From: an uncultured Actinomycetes bacterium
GTDB taxonomy: Bacteria > Actinomycetota > Actinomycetes > Streptosporangiales > Streptosporangiaceae
Direction of reading: 5' to 3'
Assembly: GCA_963739135.1 (NCBI GenBank)
Contig: CAVTZG010000026.1
Span: forward strand, 192,105 to 256,104
Length of the DNA: 64,000 bases
The notes beneath the pieces are model-generated. The model worked only from the letters and a program-made list of their open reading frames with translations. It made no database searches and had not been told where the DNA came from. The first letter of the stretch is position 1. The number at the start of each line of letters is the position of its first letter. Below, piece by piece: positions 34,752-45,487 of the stretch. The translations under genes were made by a program, and so were the position numbers.

Positions 34752-37592
34752 ATGACAGACTTCGCTGCTCGTCACATCGGGCCGTCCGAAGCCGCGCAGC
34801 GGCAGATGCTCGGCAGCCTCGGCTACGCATCACTCGACGAGCTCATCCGCGCCGCCCTGCCAGAAGCAATGGGGCCCGCAGGGACCGAGGCGGCGCAGCT
34901 GAGCCTGCCCGCCCCGCTGTCCGAGCCGCAGGCACTCGCCGAGCTGCGCCGGATGGCCGGCCGGAACCAGGTGCTGACCTCGATGATCGGCCTGGGCTAT
35001 TACGACACGGTCACCCCGGCCGTCATCCGCCGCAACGTGCTGGAGAACCCGGCCTGGTACACGGCGTACACCCCGTACCAGCCGGAGATCTCGCAGGGCC
35101 GGCTCGAGGCGCTGCTGAACTTCCAGACCATGGTCGCCGACCTGACCGCGCTGCCGTGGGCCGGCGCCTCACTCCTCGACGAGGCTACCGCCGCGGCCGA
35201 GGCCATGACGCTGGCCCGGCGCGCCGCCAGGAAGGGACACGTCTTCCTGGCCGACGCCGACTGCCTGCCGCAGACGCTCGCCGTGCTGCGCACCAGGGCC
35301 GAGCCGCTCGGCATCCACCTCGTCGTCGAACCGGTGACGGCCGAGGCCATCGCCGCTCAGCCCGACCTGTTCGGCGTGCTGCTGCAGTTCCCCGGCGCGT
35401 CGGGCGCGGTCACCGACCCGGCCCCGCTGATCGAGGCGGCGCACGCGCGGGGTGCGCTGGCCGCGGTGGCCGCCGACCTGCTGGCCCTGACCCTGCTGCG
35501 GCCGCCGGGCGAAATGGGCGCCGACATCGCGGTGGGCTCGACCCAGCGGTTCGGCGTGCCGCTGTGGTTCGGCGGCCCGCACGCGGGCTACATGGCGGTC
35601 AGCGACCCGCTCAAGCGCCAGCTGCCCGGCCGGCTCGTCGGGGTCTCGGTAGACGCCGACGGGCGGCCCGCCTACCGCCTGGCCCTGCAGGCCCGTGAGC
35701 AGCACATCCGCCGGGAAAAGGCGACGAGCAACATCTGCACCGCGCAGGTGCTGCTCGCGGTGACCGCCGCCATGTACGCGGCCTACCACGGGCCCGACGG
35801 GCTGGCTGCCATCGCACGGGCCACTCACCGTAGCGCCGCTGTCCTGGCCGCCACCCTGCACGATTTTGGGCACCGAACGGGCCGTGGTGACTTCTTCGAC
35901 ACGATCCGGATCGTGTTCGGTGGCGGACGGGACGAGGCGGCCAGGGCGCTGGACCGGGCCCGGGAGGCGGGGTACAACCTGTACCTGGCGCCGGACGGCG
36001 CGCTGCAGGTCAGCTGCGACGAGACCACCGCCGACGACCAGCTGCGGGAGGTCGTGGCCGCCATCTGCCAGGTGGAACGCCCGGCCGACGTGCAGCTGTC
36101 GGATGCTTCGCCCGACGTGCTGCCCGCTGCGCTGCGGCGCACGTCGGCATTCCTCACCCATCCGGTGTTCAGCGCCCACCGGAGCGAGACCGCGATGCTG
36201 CGCTACCTGCGGCGGCTGGCCGATTTCGACATCGCCCTCGACCGGTCGATGATCCCGCTCGGCTCGTGCACGATGAAGCTGAACGCGGCGGCCGAGATGG
36301 AGCCGATCAGCTGGCCGGGGTTCGCCGGCCTGCACCCGTTCGCCCCGCCGCCGCAGGCGGGCGGCTACGAGGAGCTGATCGAATCGCTCGAGGTCCGGCT
36401 GGCCCGGCTCACCGGGTACGACGCGGTATCCGTGCAGCCGAACGCCGGCTCGCAGGGCGAACTGGCGGGCCTGCTGGCCATCCGGGCCTACCACGCGTCC
36501 CGCGGCGAGGACGACCGCGACGTCTGCCTGATCCCGGAGTCGGCGCACGGCACCAACGCGGCCAGCGCGGTGCTGGCCGGGCTGCGCGTGGCGGTGGTCA
36601 AGTGCGGCTCTGACGGCGCCATCGACCTGGGCGACCTGGAGGCCAAGCTGGAGGCCCACCGGGGGCGGGTGGCCGCCATCATGCTGACCTATCCGTCCAC
36701 GGCCGGCGTCTACGAGCAGAACGTGAGCGCCGCCTGCGAGTCGGTGCACGCGGCGGGCGGCCAGGTGTACATCGACGGCGCGAACCTGAACGCGCTGGTC
36801 GGGGTGGCTACCCTGCCGTCGTTCGGCGCGGACGTGTCGCACCTGAACCTGCACAAGACGTTCTGCATCCCGCACGGCGGCGGCGGTCCCGGCGTGGGGC
36901 CGGTGGCCGTCCGCGCGCACCTGGCCGACTTCCTGCCCGGGCGCGGGGTGACCGGCCCGGTGGCGGCCGCACCCTACGGGTCCGCGGGCATCCTGCCCAT
37001 CTCGTGGGCCTACATCGCGATGATGGGCGCGGACGGGCTGCGCCGGGCCACGAGCGTCGCCGTGCTCTCGGCCAACTACGTGGCCAGGCGGCTGGCGCCG
37101 CACTACCCGGTGCTGTACACCGGGCGGAACGGGCTGGTCGCGCACGAGTGCGTCATCGACCTGCGCCCGCTCACCCAGGAGACCGGGATCACCGTGGACG
37201 ACGTGGCCAAGCGGCTGGTCGACTACGGGTTCCACGCGCCCACCATGTCGTTCCCCGTGGCCGGCACGCTGATGATCGAGCCGACCGAGAGCGAGAGCCT
37301 GGATGAGCTCGACCGGTTCTGCGACGCGATGATCTCGATCAGGTCGGAGATCGCCCGGGTGACCTCCGGCGAGTACGACGCCCACGACAACCCGCTGAAG
37401 AACGCCCCGCACACCGCCGAGATGCTCATCTTGGGGGAGTGGAAGCACCCTTACGACCAGCAGGCGGCGGCCTACCCGCCCGGCGTGGACCGCCGCGCCA
37501 AGTACTGGCCGCCCGTGCGCCGCATCGATCAGGCCTACGGCGACAGGAACCTCGTCTGCTCCTGCCCGCCCCCCGAAGCGTTCGAGAGCTGA
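34752..37592 (+). CDS. gcvP: glycine dehydrogenase (aminomethyl-transferring), P-protein
   Basis: [41 protein letters not shown] and [16 protein letters not shown] (PLP lysine region). 946 aa. Confidence 0.95.
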   Translation: MTDFAARHIGPSEAAQRQMLGSLGYASLDELIRAALPEAMGPAGTEAAQLSLPAPLSEPQALAELRRMAGRNQVLTSMIGLGYYDTVTPAVIRRNVLENPAWYTAYTPYQPEISQGRLEALLNFQTMVADLTALPWAGASLLDEATAAAEAMTLARRAARKGHVFLADADCLPQTLAVLRTRAEPLGIHLVVEPVTAEAIAAQPDLFGVLLQFPGASGAVTDPAPLIEAAHARGALAAVAADLLALTLLRPPGEMGADIAVGSTQRFGVPLWFGGPHAGYMAVSDPLKRQLPGRLVGVSVDADGRPAYRLALQAREQHIRREKATSNICTAQVLLAVTAAMYAAYHGPDGLAAIARATHRSAAVLAATLHDFGHRTGRGDFFDTIRIVFGGGRDEAARALDRAREAGYNLYLAPDGALQVSCDETTADDQLREVVAAICQVERPADVQLSDASPDVLPAALRRTSAFLTHPVFSAHRSETAMLRYLRRLADFDIALDRSMIPLGSCTMKLNAAAEMEPISWPGFAGLHPFAPPPQAGGYEELIESLEVRLARLTGYDAVSVQPNAGSQGELAGLLAIRAYHASRGEDDRDVCLIPESAHGTNAASAVLAGLRVAVVKCGSDGAIDLGDLEAKLEAHRGRVAAIMLTYPSTAGVYEQNVSAACESVHAAGGQVYIDGANLNALVGVATLPSFGADVSHLNLHKTFCIPHGGGGPGVGPVAVRAHLADFLPGRGVTGPVAAAPYGSAGILPISWAYIAMMGADGLRRATSVAVLSANYVARRLAPHYPVLYTGRNGLVAHECVIDLRPLTQETGITVDDVAKRLVDYGFHAPTMSFPVAGTLMIEPTESESLDELDRFCDAMISIRSEIARVTSGEYDAHDNPLKNAPHTAEMLILGEWKHPYDQQAAAYPPGVDRRAKYWPPVRRIDQAYGDRNLVCSCPPPEAFES

Positions 37593-37600
37593 GACACAGT

Positions 37601-37694
37601 CGCGCCCGCCCCCCTGCGCGTGCCGCCTGCGCCCCGTGCGGAGCGCTGGGGAGGAGGTGCGGCACGCGCAGGCGCGGGAGGCGGGGCGGGCGCG
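37601..37694. terminator. long imperfect GC-rich hairpin between convergent gcvP and cupin genes
   Basis: Left arm is cgcgcccgcccccctgcgcgtgccgc. Right arm is gcggcacgcgcaggcgcgggaggcggggcgggcgcg. No U-tract, so terminator function is inferred only. Confidence 0.4.
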
Positions 37695-37760
37695 GTGCGG
37701 AAGCAGCAGCCGGGCTGGTGGGAAGCGGCAACAGACAGCCGCGGCGGCCGCGCGGACTGG

Positions 37761-38246
37761 TTACTGGCTGGCGACGGGGAAGGCGTTCAGCTCGGACAGG
37801 TGCGGGGGCAGGTCGAGGGTGACCACGCTCTCCTGCTCCTGGGGATCGGTGCGAGCCACGACGGCCACGGTCATGACGTCGCTGCGGTTCACGGGCAGGT
37901 GCGGCGTACCCGGCGGGACGTACATGAAGTCGCCGGCCTTGACCACGGTGCAGTGCCGCAGGCCCTCTCCGTGCCACACCTCGGTCTCACCGCTGACGGT
38001 GTAGATCGCCGATTCGTGCCCGTCGTGGACGTGGGGCACGCCGCGGGTGCCGGGCGGGATCGTCACCAGGTGCAGGCACAGGGCCCGTGCCCCCGCAGAA
38101 CGGCTGCTCACGCCGGTGGCGAGGTTCATGCCCTGCTTGCCGTCGTAGCTCCCGCCGGCGCGGATGATGACGACCTCGCCGGGAGCGTCGATGGCCATCG
38201 CCGGAGTGTGGAGCGCTCGCTCCCACACATCGCTTACTCTAAGCAT
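37761..38246 (-). CDS. cupin-domain protein
   Basis: IPPGTRGVPHVHDGHESAIYTVSGE...FMYVPPGTPHLPVN. Confidence 0.7.
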   Translation of the reverse strand: MLRVSDVWERALHTPAMAIDAPGEVVIIRAGGSYDGKQGMNLATGVSSRSAGARALCLHLVTIPPGTRGVPHVHDGHESAIYTVSGETEVWHGEGLRHCTVVKAGDFMYVPPGTPHLPVNRSDVMTVAVVARTDPQEQESVVTLDLPPHLSELNAFPVASQ

Positions 38247-38273
38247 TTGTTCATATCCTATCCGTGATGACTC

Positions 38274-38594
38274 CTATGACTGAGTATGGCTGCGTGTAGT
38301 CATATAAATACTCTCCGTAAAGACATTGTGTCCTAACTCCCTGGTTAGGCCTGCCTCACCTGAAGGTAAGTTTTGAGCCTCGCGCATGCGGCCTGCGTGC
38401 TTCTTGTGTACGGCCTGCCGGGACACGCCGAGGATCTCGGCGATCTCCTGCCAGGACCACCCTTTGTCCCGTGCGTTGTCGACCTGGAGCGCCTCGAGCT
38501 GCTCGAGCAGCCGGCGGAGAGCGGCCACGGCCCGGAGCCCGGTGCGCGGGTCCGAGCTGTCGGCGGCCGCCGCCAGGGCGGGTGCGTCGTCCAT
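38274..38594 (-). CDS. small helix-turn-helix protein (sigma-70 region-4-like HTH)
   Basis: ARDKGWSWQEIAEILGVSRQAVHKKH. Confidence 0.55.
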   Translation of the reverse strand: MDDAPALAAAADSSDPRTGLRAVAALRRLLEQLEALQVDNARDKGWSWQEIAEILGVSRQAVHKKHAGRMREAQNLPSGEAGLTRELGHNVFTESIYMTTRSHTQS

Positions 38595-38874
38595 GGTGTC
38601 AATCTACGTTGACGCCGACGGCATGTCAACTTCAGTTGACACCAGGGCGGGCCCGCGCCCCCCGGGGACGCTCCGCGCCGATTACGAAGCGCTTACCGGA
38701 GCCGAATGAACCGTGCGCGATCGCGTGACGTACCCGTAACTAAAGGGGAGAGGCCCGGCGTCCGCCGGTCCGGACAGTCCGTCAGGAACGGGAACGGGAT
38801 CCATTGCGCTCGCAGGAGCATACGATCCAGCTGGGCCTGGCAATTCAGCTGCGCGCTTTGCGAGGGGAGGTGCG

Positions 38875-40356
38875 GTGACCAGCCTGAGCAGGCGATCGGT
38901 CCCGGCCCGCCATTCCGGGGCGGACCCGTACCCCGGCCCGGCGCCCGCGGGCGCGGCTGGCGGCGGCTCGGGCCCCGGCGCCCGGCCTCGCCCGGGCTCG
39001 CCGCACCGTGTGCCGGCCGCTGGAGGGCGGCCCGTTCCGGATAGAAAAACATCCGGACGGGTCGGTCCGCGCGGTGTCCTGGCCGTCATAGGCCTGGGCG
39101 CGGTCGCCGTCATCGCCCTGTGGTGGCACAGCACTCCCGACGCCAGCGGCCTGGGCGGCTGGCTGACCGGAGCAGGCGAGATGCTCGGGCTGCTGGCCGG
39201 CTACGGCGTGGTAATCCTGGTCGCGCTGATGGCCAGGCTGCCGCCGCTGGAGCGGGGCATCGGCACCGACAGGCTGGCCAGGTGGCACGCCATGGGCGGC
39301 CGGTACATCGTCAGCCTGGTTGTCGCGCACGGCCTGCTGATCCTGTGGGGCTACGCCGTCGAGGCCCACAGCACCGTGTTCAGCGAGACTGCCACCCTGC
39401 TCACCCAGTACCCGGACGTGCTGATGGCCACCGTGGCGGGCTTCCTGCTGCTCGGCGTCGGCCTGGTCTCGATGCGCGCCGCCCGCCAGCGGATGCGCTA
39501 TGAGACGTGGTACTACCTGCACCTTTACACCTACCTGGCCATCGCCCTGGCGTTCAGCCACCAGTTCGCGGTCGGCGAGTCGTTCATCGACAACCTGGCC
39601 GCCCGGTTCTGGTGGTCGGCTATGTACCTGACCGTCGCGGTCCTGGTGCTGTGGTACCGGGTCGCGGTGCCGCTGCGCGCGTTCGCCCGGCACGGGTTCA
39701 AGGTCATCGGGGTGAAGGGCGAGGGGCCCGGCGTGATCTCGGTCTACATCGGCGGGTCGCACCTGGACGAGATGGCCGCCGAACCCGGGCAGTTCTTCCG
39801 CTGGCGGTTCCTGACCCGCTCAATGTGGTGGTCGTCGCACCCGTACTCGCTGTCCGCCGCGCCGGGGACCGACGTCCTGCGCATCACGGTGAAGGACCTG
39901 GGTGACCACAGCCAGGCGCTGTCGCGGCTGCGGCCCGGCACCCGGGTCATCGCCGAGGGGCCCTACGGCGCGTTCACGGCCGGGCAGACCGGCCGGGGCG
40001 TGCTGCTGCTGGCCGGCGGCGTCGGCATCACGCCGCTGCGGGCCATGTTCGCCACCCTGCCCGGTGCCGTCACCCTGATCTACCGGGCCAGCAGCGTGCA
40101 GGACATCGTGTTCCGCGACGAGCTGGACGCGATCGCCGCGGCTCGCGGGGCGACCGTGTATTACCTGGTCGGGACGCGGGCCGAGATCGGCGGCGATCCG
40201 CTGTCGCCCCGCATGCTGCGCTCGCTGGTGCCCGAGCTTGACCAGCAGGAGGTCTACGTGTGCGGTCCGTCCGGCATGACCTCGACCGCGGTCGAGGCCC
40301 TGCGCGCTGCCGGGGTGCCGCGGCGGCAGATCCACTTCGAGTCGTTCGAGTTCTGA
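38875..40356 (+). CDS. ferric-reductase-like transmembrane protein fused to FAD/NAD(P)-binding ferredoxin-reductase domain (NOX-like)
   Basis: 6-TM N-terminus with His residues (RWHAMGGRYI, YLHLYTYLA). HPYSLS FAD motif and LLLAGGVGITPLRAMF NAD motif. Confidence 0.8.
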   Translation: MTSLSRRSVPARHSGADPYPGPAPAGAAGGGSGPGARPRPGSPHRVPAAGGRPVPDRKTSGRVGPRGVLAVIGLGAVAVIALWWHSTPDASGLGGWLTGAGEMLGLLAGYGVVILVALMARLPPLERGIGTDRLARWHAMGGRYIVSLVVAHGLLILWGYAVEAHSTVFSETATLLTQYPDVLMATVAGFLLLGVGLVSMRAARQRMRYETWYYLHLYTYLAIALAFSHQFAVGESFIDNLAARFWWSAMYLTVAVLVLWYRVAVPLRAFARHGFKVIGVKGEGPGVISVYIGGSHLDEMAAEPGQFFRWRFLTRSMWWSSHPYSLSAAPGTDVLRITVKDLGDHSQALSRLRPGTRVIAEGPYGAFTAGQTGRGVLLLAGGVGITPLRAMFATLPGAVTLIYRASSVQDIVFRDELDAIAAARGATVYYLVGTRAEIGGDPLSPRMLRSLVPELDQQEVYVCGPSGMTSTAVEALRAAGVPRRQIHFESFEF

Positions 40357-40374
40357 GGGGAGCCGATCCGCGAC

Positions 40375-40842
40375 ATGCGCCGGGTGATCTTCGCCGTCAC
40401 CGGCACCATTGCCGGCCTGGTGGCGCTGCTGTCGTTCAAGTCACACGCCCCGACCCTGGCGGCGGCCACCGGAACGACCGGCGGCTCGTCGTCCTCGTCC
40501 TCGTCGTCCGCATCGTCGGTGCCGGGGGAGTTCCCGACCGGGAGCGTGGCCGGCAATCTCGCCGCGGGCGAGACCACGCTGACCGGACACGTGGCCAATA
40601 CGGTGTACGGCCCGGTCCAGATCCAGCTGGTCGTTCAGGACAAGAAGATCGTCAAGGTCGCGATCCTGGAACAGCCGACCAGCACCATCCACGACATCCA
40701 GATCGGCGAGTTCGCGTTCCCGCGCCTGATCAGCGAGACGCTGACGGCGCAGAACGCGAAGGTGGACGCCGTGTCCGGCGCCAGCTACACCAGCGCGGGC
40801 TACATCGCCTCGCTGCAAAGCGCGCTGGACCACGGCCTCTGA
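40375..40842 (+). CDS. FMN-binding domain protein (exported)
   Basis: N-terminal hydrophobic anchor VIFAVTGTIAGLVALL and C-terminal DAVSGASYTSAGY flavinylation-type motif. Confidence 0.7.
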   Translation: MRRVIFAVTGTIAGLVALLSFKSHAPTLAAATGTTGGSSSSSSSSASSVPGEFPTGSVAGNLAAGETTLTGHVANTVYGPVQIQLVVQDKKIVKVAILEQPTSTIHDIQIGEFAFPRLISETLTAQNAKVDAVSGASYTSAGYIASLQSALDHGL

Positions 40843-40848
40843 CCTGCG

Positions 40849-41622
40849 ATGACCGATGCCCGGCCCGGGCGGCTCCGGCACGCCGAGCACGTCATGGGCA
40901 CCGTCGTGTCCTTCGACGTGCCGGCCTGGGCCGCCCGCGAGCCTGCCGGCGAGCCGGTGCTGGGCCGGGCGGTGGCCTGGCTGCACTGGGTGGACGCCAC
41001 GTTCTCGCCGTACCGGGACGACAGCGAGGTCAGCCGCTTCGGCCGCGGGTCGCTCGCGCTGGCCGACTGCGCACCGGAACTGGCCGAGGTACTGGCCGCC
41101 TGCGCCGAGGTCAGCGCCCGCAGCGGCGGGTACTTCACCGCCCGGCCGGGCGGCCGGTTCGACCCGTCCGGCTACGTGAAGGGCTGGGCCATCGAGCGCG
41201 CGGCGGCCATGCTGACCGCCGCGGGTTCGGCTGAGCACAGCGTCAACGGCGGCGGTGACGTCCAGTGCGTCGGCGACCACGGTCCCGGCCAGCCCTGGCG
41301 GGTGGGGATCGCCCACCCGCTTCGGCCGGGCGCGCTGGCGCTGGTGGTGGCCGGCCGGGACTTCGCGGTCGCCACCTCGGGCGTCGCCGAGCGCGGCGCG
41401 CACATTCTCGATCCGCACACCGGCCAGCCCGCCGCCGGCCTGGCCAGCATCACCATGGTCGGCGCGGGGCTGGCCGTCACCGACGCCTACGCCACCGCGG
41501 CCTTCGCCATGGGCCCGGCCGCGCGCGACTGGGTCGAGAGCCTGGACGGCTACGACGCGTTCGCCATCACCCCCGACGGCGCCAGCTGGCAGACCGCCGG
41601 CTTCCGCGCCCACCTCGCCTGA
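40849..41622 (+). CDS. apbE: FAD:protein FMN transferase (ApbE family)
   Basis: HVMGTVVSFDV, DPSGYVKGWAIERAA, VNGGGDV and ATSGVAERGAHILDPHTG. Confidence 0.85.
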   Translation: MTDARPGRLRHAEHVMGTVVSFDVPAWAAREPAGEPVLGRAVAWLHWVDATFSPYRDDSEVSRFGRGSLALADCAPELAEVLAACAEVSARSGGYFTARPGGRFDPSGYVKGWAIERAAAMLTAAGSAEHSVNGGGDVQCVGDHGPGQPWRVGIAHPLRPGALALVVAGRDFAVATSGVAERGAHILDPHTGQPAAGLASITMVGAGLAVTDAYATAAFAMGPAARDWVESLDGYDAFAITPDGASWQTAGFRAHLA

Positions 41623-41705
41623 CGCCGTCGGCCGCAGGGTGGTGAAACCCCGGTTTCATTCCGGTCCGGCAGCACCGGGGACACGCGCAGCGGGGGATTG
41701 GAGAG

Positions 41706-42239
41706 CTACAAGAGCGGGGGCTGGCCGGCGTCGTAGACGAGCAGGCCGTCGTCGCGCAGCCGCAGGCCGGGGGACAGGCGGTGGTCCTCCAGCCGCCCGT
41801 CGTGCAGCAGGTGCCGGACCGGGACGCCGCGCACCGCGGACACGTAGTCGGCCAGCAGCCGCCGGTGGCAGCGCCACCACAGGCTTTCCGCGCACATCAC
41901 CGCCGTGGCTTCGATACCGGCCTGGGCGAGTACCTCATCCACCGCGGCGGAGAAACCAGCGGTGCGCATGTGCTCGGCGTAGCCGCGGAACATGTCCTCC
42001 CGCCAGGTCACGTCCGGCGAATCCGGACCCGGCCTGCGGAAGCCGCCGAGGCGCTTGTCCCAGCGGTAGGAGATGCCTGCCTCGGGCAGCCAGCGTTCCA
42101 GTTCGGCCCGGGCCACGTGCGGATGGCGGCGGCTGCCCGGCGCGGTCCTGACGTCGACGAGCGCCGACACGCCGGCCTGCCGCAGCAGCTCGGTCATCTG
42201 GCCGGCTGAGGCGGTGCCGTGCCCGAACGTCAGCAGCAT
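41706..42239 (-). CDS. DUF488-domain protein
   Basis: LLTFGHGT...LVDVRTAPGSRRHPHV...ISYRW...LGG...VMCAESLWWRCHRRLLAD. Confidence 0.8.
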   Translation of the reverse strand: MLLTFGHGTASAGQMTELLRQAGVSALVDVRTAPGSRRHPHVARAELERWLPEAGISYRWDKRLGGFRRPGPDSPDVTWREDMFRGYAEHMRTAGFSAAVDEVLAQAGIEATAVMCAESLWWRCHRRLLADYVSAVRGVPVRHLLHDGRLEDHRLSPGLRLRDDGLLVYDAGQPPLL

Positions 42240-42429
42240 CAGCTGCGGCCGGCCGCGAGGAGGTGAGCAGCCAGATCGCGGGCGGCCCGGTCGTCAAGCG
42301 GCGCGGCCGTCGCCGCCGCCAGGTCCTTGCCTGCGCTCGAGCTCATGGCGCCACTCTAGGCACGGTGCTGGAGTGCGCAGGTGGGGCGAACCTGACCGCG
42401 GGCGCCGTCGCCGGGTGATCCGGCTCCGG

Positions 42430-43014
42430 TCAGGAGGAACCCGAGGGCGGCTCGTCGCCGGATTCCTCTCCGGAATCGCGCCCGTGGACCAGCTTGGTGA
42501 CCTCGCGCGTGATGCCGATGGACGGGCCCCCGATCACCTCCCAAGACCGCCCGATGCCGATGAAGAAGCAGGTGACCACCAGGATCGCGATCGTGTCGAC
42601 ATCCCCGGCGTTACCCGGGTCGGCGATCACGCCGAGCCCCTCGACCAGCTGGATGACGAACACCACCGCCAGCCCGACCAGGAACACGGCGTCACGAACG
42701 GTGCCCGATCGTATTACCCGCAGCCGGAACAGTGACAGCAGCGCCGCCACCATGAATGTGAGCCCGAGCACAGAGACGGTCACCGAGGTCCACCCGATTT
42801 TCTCGCCTGGGATCAGCGAGAACAGCGAGACCGCGAGCGCATTGGTGAACGCGGTGAGGGCCGCCGCGGCCCGGATGCGGTGCACCTGATGTCCTGTCGA
42901 TTCCCGGGAAAGCCGCTCCGCGGAAACGGAGATAGCGACGAACAGCAGCCCGATCAGCGCCCCGGCGACACCGGCGCTGGCCGCGAAGAACTCACGGATG
43001 TCCGCAGGAACCAT
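42430..43014 (-). CDS. integral membrane protein, function unknown
   Basis: ORF trimmed to MVPADIREFF. 5-6 hydrophobic helices. Confidence 0.45.
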   Translation of the reverse strand: MVPADIREFFAASAGVAGALIGLLFVAISVSAERLSRESTGHQVHRIRAAAALTAFTNALAVSLFSLIPGEKIGWTSVTVSVLGLTFMVAALLSLFRLRVIRSGTVRDAVFLVGLAVVFVIQLVEGLGVIADPGNAGDVDTIAILVVTCFFIGIGRSWEVIGGPSIGITREVTKLVHGRDSGEESGDEPPSGSS

Positions 43015-43186
43015 CTGGCGATTCTCCCAGGCGCCACCGCTATGTCCATGCCCCCAAGTCCAGCACGCCGGAACATCGCCCGTGACTAGAAGATCAGGAA
43101 CTCCGGTCAATAGTCAGGATTGCCTCAGAACCTGCTCAGCCCACTTCCAGGTCGGCTCCCTAGGTTCCGATGCAGGACACTACGGA

Positions 43187-44608
43187 ATGCGCTTATCAGG
43201 AGCAGGAAAGGCTTGGACCGTGTTGGACAGGGTGCGGATCGGCTACCGCGGCGTGGAGTACGAGATCGGGCGCGGAAGCGACTACTACGGGATCTGGAAA
43301 GCGGGAGCGTCCCGGACGCAGCCGCTCGAGTGGTGGCCGGAAACCAGCGAAGGCTGGTCCGCCGCCTGGACCCGGTTCACGGGCCTGGAGGAGCCGGACG
43401 CGATCGCGCCGGTGGGCCGGAGCGCGGCCGGGCGGATCGGGAGCGACGGCGACGGCCAGTTCCTTGGCCCGGTGACCGGAGCCGGGCGCGTGGTCAGCGC
43501 CGGGCTGCTGGCCCTGGGCGTGATCCTGGGCGTGGTGGGGCTGTTCCCCGGCTACCTTAACGGGTCCAGCCTGGCCCAGCTGCCGCCCAACCTCATCCCG
43601 CATGTGATCTACCTGGCCGGCTGGACCGCGGGTGCCGTGCTGATCCTGCTCGGCGGGACCCGGTTGCGGATGGGCGCGCTGCTGGCCACCGGGATGAGCG
43701 TGGTCACGTTCGGCTTGTTCTTCGCCGATGCCGGGACGGTGATCGCCGGAGGCGCCAGTGTGGGCGGGATGGGCCTGGTGCTCGGGCTGCTGGGCTGGCT
43801 CGCCTGCGCGGCCGGGTCCGTGCTGGCCCTGCGGCTCCGGCCCGCAGGCGCAAGCGGGCGCTGGATCACTCTGGGCCGGCCCCGGGGTGCGGCGTTCGGC
43901 CCGGCTGTGCTGCTGATCCTGGCCGGGCTCGGCACGGCCGTCACGTTCGCCCCCTCCTGGGACAGCTTCACCCTGCGCTCCGCGGCGGGGCAGACGCAGT
44001 CCCTGACCGCGGGCAACGCCTTCGCGAACCCGGGCTGGGTGATCGCCGGGGATGTCGCGCTCATGGTGGCGCTGGCCGCGGTGGTCATCGCGGCCGCCCT
44101 GTGGCGTCCGGCCCGGTACGGAGCCGCGCTGCTGGCGGGCGCCATCATCCCGATGGCCGCGCAGGCGGTTTCAGCGCTCGTGCAGGTGAGCGAGCCAGCT
44201 AGCCCGGCCCAGTTCGGGATCTCCTCCGCGGAGGTCTCGCAGCTCGGGCTGACGATCAGCTCAGGTCTCACCCCGGTGTTCTGGATCTACTGCGCGTTCG
44301 TGGTGACCCTGATGATCTCCTGCGCGTGGATGCTGTTCACCCCGCACGAGGCAGCCGGCGTGGCCGCCAGCGGCTTCGCCGGGACGGCTCCTGGCGCCGG
44401 GGCAGCGGCCCATCCGGGTGCCGGAGCCGGCGCCGCGGAATGGCATGTGGCCCGGGCCGACGAATTCGACGTGACGGGCGTGCGCCCGGGATCCGATGAC
44501 ACCAGCCTGGATGGCGACGACGAACTCGGCACCGACGACGAATTCGACAGCTATGAGGAATTCGACAGCGACAACCCGTCTGAGAGCTCGGTGCAAGGCC
44601 ACGGTTGA
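43187..44608 (+). CDS. membrane protein with soluble N-terminal domain and acidic C-terminal tail, function unknown
   Basis: IGYRGVEYEIGRGSDYYGIWK N-terminal domain, about 8 TM helices, and a DDELGTDDEFDSYEEFDSD tail. Start uncertain (ATG 43187 or GTG 43220). Confidence 0.5.
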   Translation: MRLSGAGKAWTVLDRVRIGYRGVEYEIGRGSDYYGIWKAGASRTQPLEWWPETSEGWSAAWTRFTGLEEPDAIAPVGRSAAGRIGSDGDGQFLGPVTGAGRVVSAGLLALGVILGVVGLFPGYLNGSSLAQLPPNLIPHVIYLAGWTAGAVLILLGGTRLRMGALLATGMSVVTFGLFFADAGTVIAGGASVGGMGLVLGLLGWLACAAGSVLALRLRPAGASGRWITLGRPRGAAFGPAVLLILAGLGTAVTFAPSWDSFTLRSAAGQTQSLTAGNAFANPGWVIAGDVALMVALAAVVIAAALWRPARYGAALLAGAIIPMAAQAVSALVQVSEPASPAQFGISSAEVSQLGLTISSGLTPVFWIYCAFVVTLMISCAWMLFTPHEAAGVAASGFAGTAPGAGAAAHPGAGAGAAEWHVARADEFDVTGVRPGSDDTSLDGDDELGTDDEFDSYEEFDSDNPSESSVQGHG

Positions 44609-44623
44609 TACGCTGCGCTTGTC

Positions 44624-45487
44624 ATGCCGGCCAGTAGATCGTCGGCAGTCGCGGCGGCCGAGCAGGCGCCGACGCTTTCTCGTCGGCACGCGGCCGGTGC
44701 TCCGAGCGCACGCGGCCTGCTGCTCACCTTGCTCGGCGAGTTCGCGCTGACCGGAGGCGGGACGGCCTGGACGTCGGCGGTACTGGCCACCTTCACCCGG
44801 CTCGGCATCGAGGAGAAGGCGACCCGCCAGGCCCTGATGCGCACCGCCGCGGCCGGCTGGCTGGTCGCCGAGAAGGTCGGCCGGCGCACCAGGTGGCGGC
44901 TGACCAGCAGCGCGACCCGGATGCTGACCGACGGCGCGGAACGCATCTACTCATTCACCGGCCCGGAAGAAAACTGGGATGGCCGCTGGCTGCTGGTGTA
45001 CGCGCGCATCCCGGAAACCGACCGCCGCGCCCGGCACGTGGTCCGGACCCGGCTGAGCTGGGCCGGGTTCGGCACGCTGGGCGCGGGCGTGTGGATAAGC
45101 CCGCACCCGGAGCGGGAAGGCGAGGCGATCCGGGTGCTGCGCGAGGCCGGGGTGGCCGAGGAGGCGCACGTCTTCGTGGCGCTGCGATCCGGCCTGGCCG
45201 ACGTGCGGGTCATGGTGGCCGCGGCCTGGGACCTGTCCGCCATCGAGGAGCAGTACAAGCAGTTCATCGAGGAGTTCCGGGCCACCGCCACGGCCGATCC
45301 GCTGGCCCGGCAGGTCGAGCTGGTGCATGCCTGGCGGCGGTTTCCCGCCATCGATCCCGGGCTGCCGCGTGAGCTGCTGCCGGCCCCGTGGAGCGGCCTG
45401 AAGGCGGCCCGCCTGTTCGCTGACCGGCGGCTGCGCTGGTCCGGCGACGCCCTGCGCGAGTGGAAACGCCTGAACGACGCGGGCTGA
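44624..45487 (+). CDS. PaaX-family transcriptional regulator
   Basis: ARGLLLTLLGEF...GIEEKATRQALMRTAAAGWL...RRTRWRLT and a PaaX C-terminal region. Confidence 0.8.
   Translation: MPASRSSAVAAAEQAPTLSRRHAAGAPSARGLLLTLLGEFALTGGGTAWTSAVLATFTRLGIEEKATRQALMRTAAAGWLVAEKVGRRTRWRLTSSATRMLTDGAERIYSFTGPEENWDGRWLLVYARIPETDRRARHVVRTRLSWAGFGTLGAGVWISPHPEREGEAIRVLREAGVAEEAHVFVALRSGLADVRVMVAAAWDLSAIEEQYKQFIEEFRATATADPLARQVELVHAWRRFPAIDPGLPRELLPAPWSGLKAARLFADRRLRWSGDALREWKRLNDAG

Noticed and set aside
35169-37448. 759-aa minus-strand ORF
   Set aside because: It is antisense to gcvP.
37620-38267. 215-aa + strand ORF and neighbours over the cupin locus
   Set aside because: It is antisense to the cupin gene, which has the conserved His/Glu metal-site pattern.
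41641-41660. TGAAACC-CC-GGTTTCA palindrome between apbE and the DUF488 gene, as a possible terminator
   Set aside because: It has a short 7-bp stem and no U-tract, so it is too weak to annotate.
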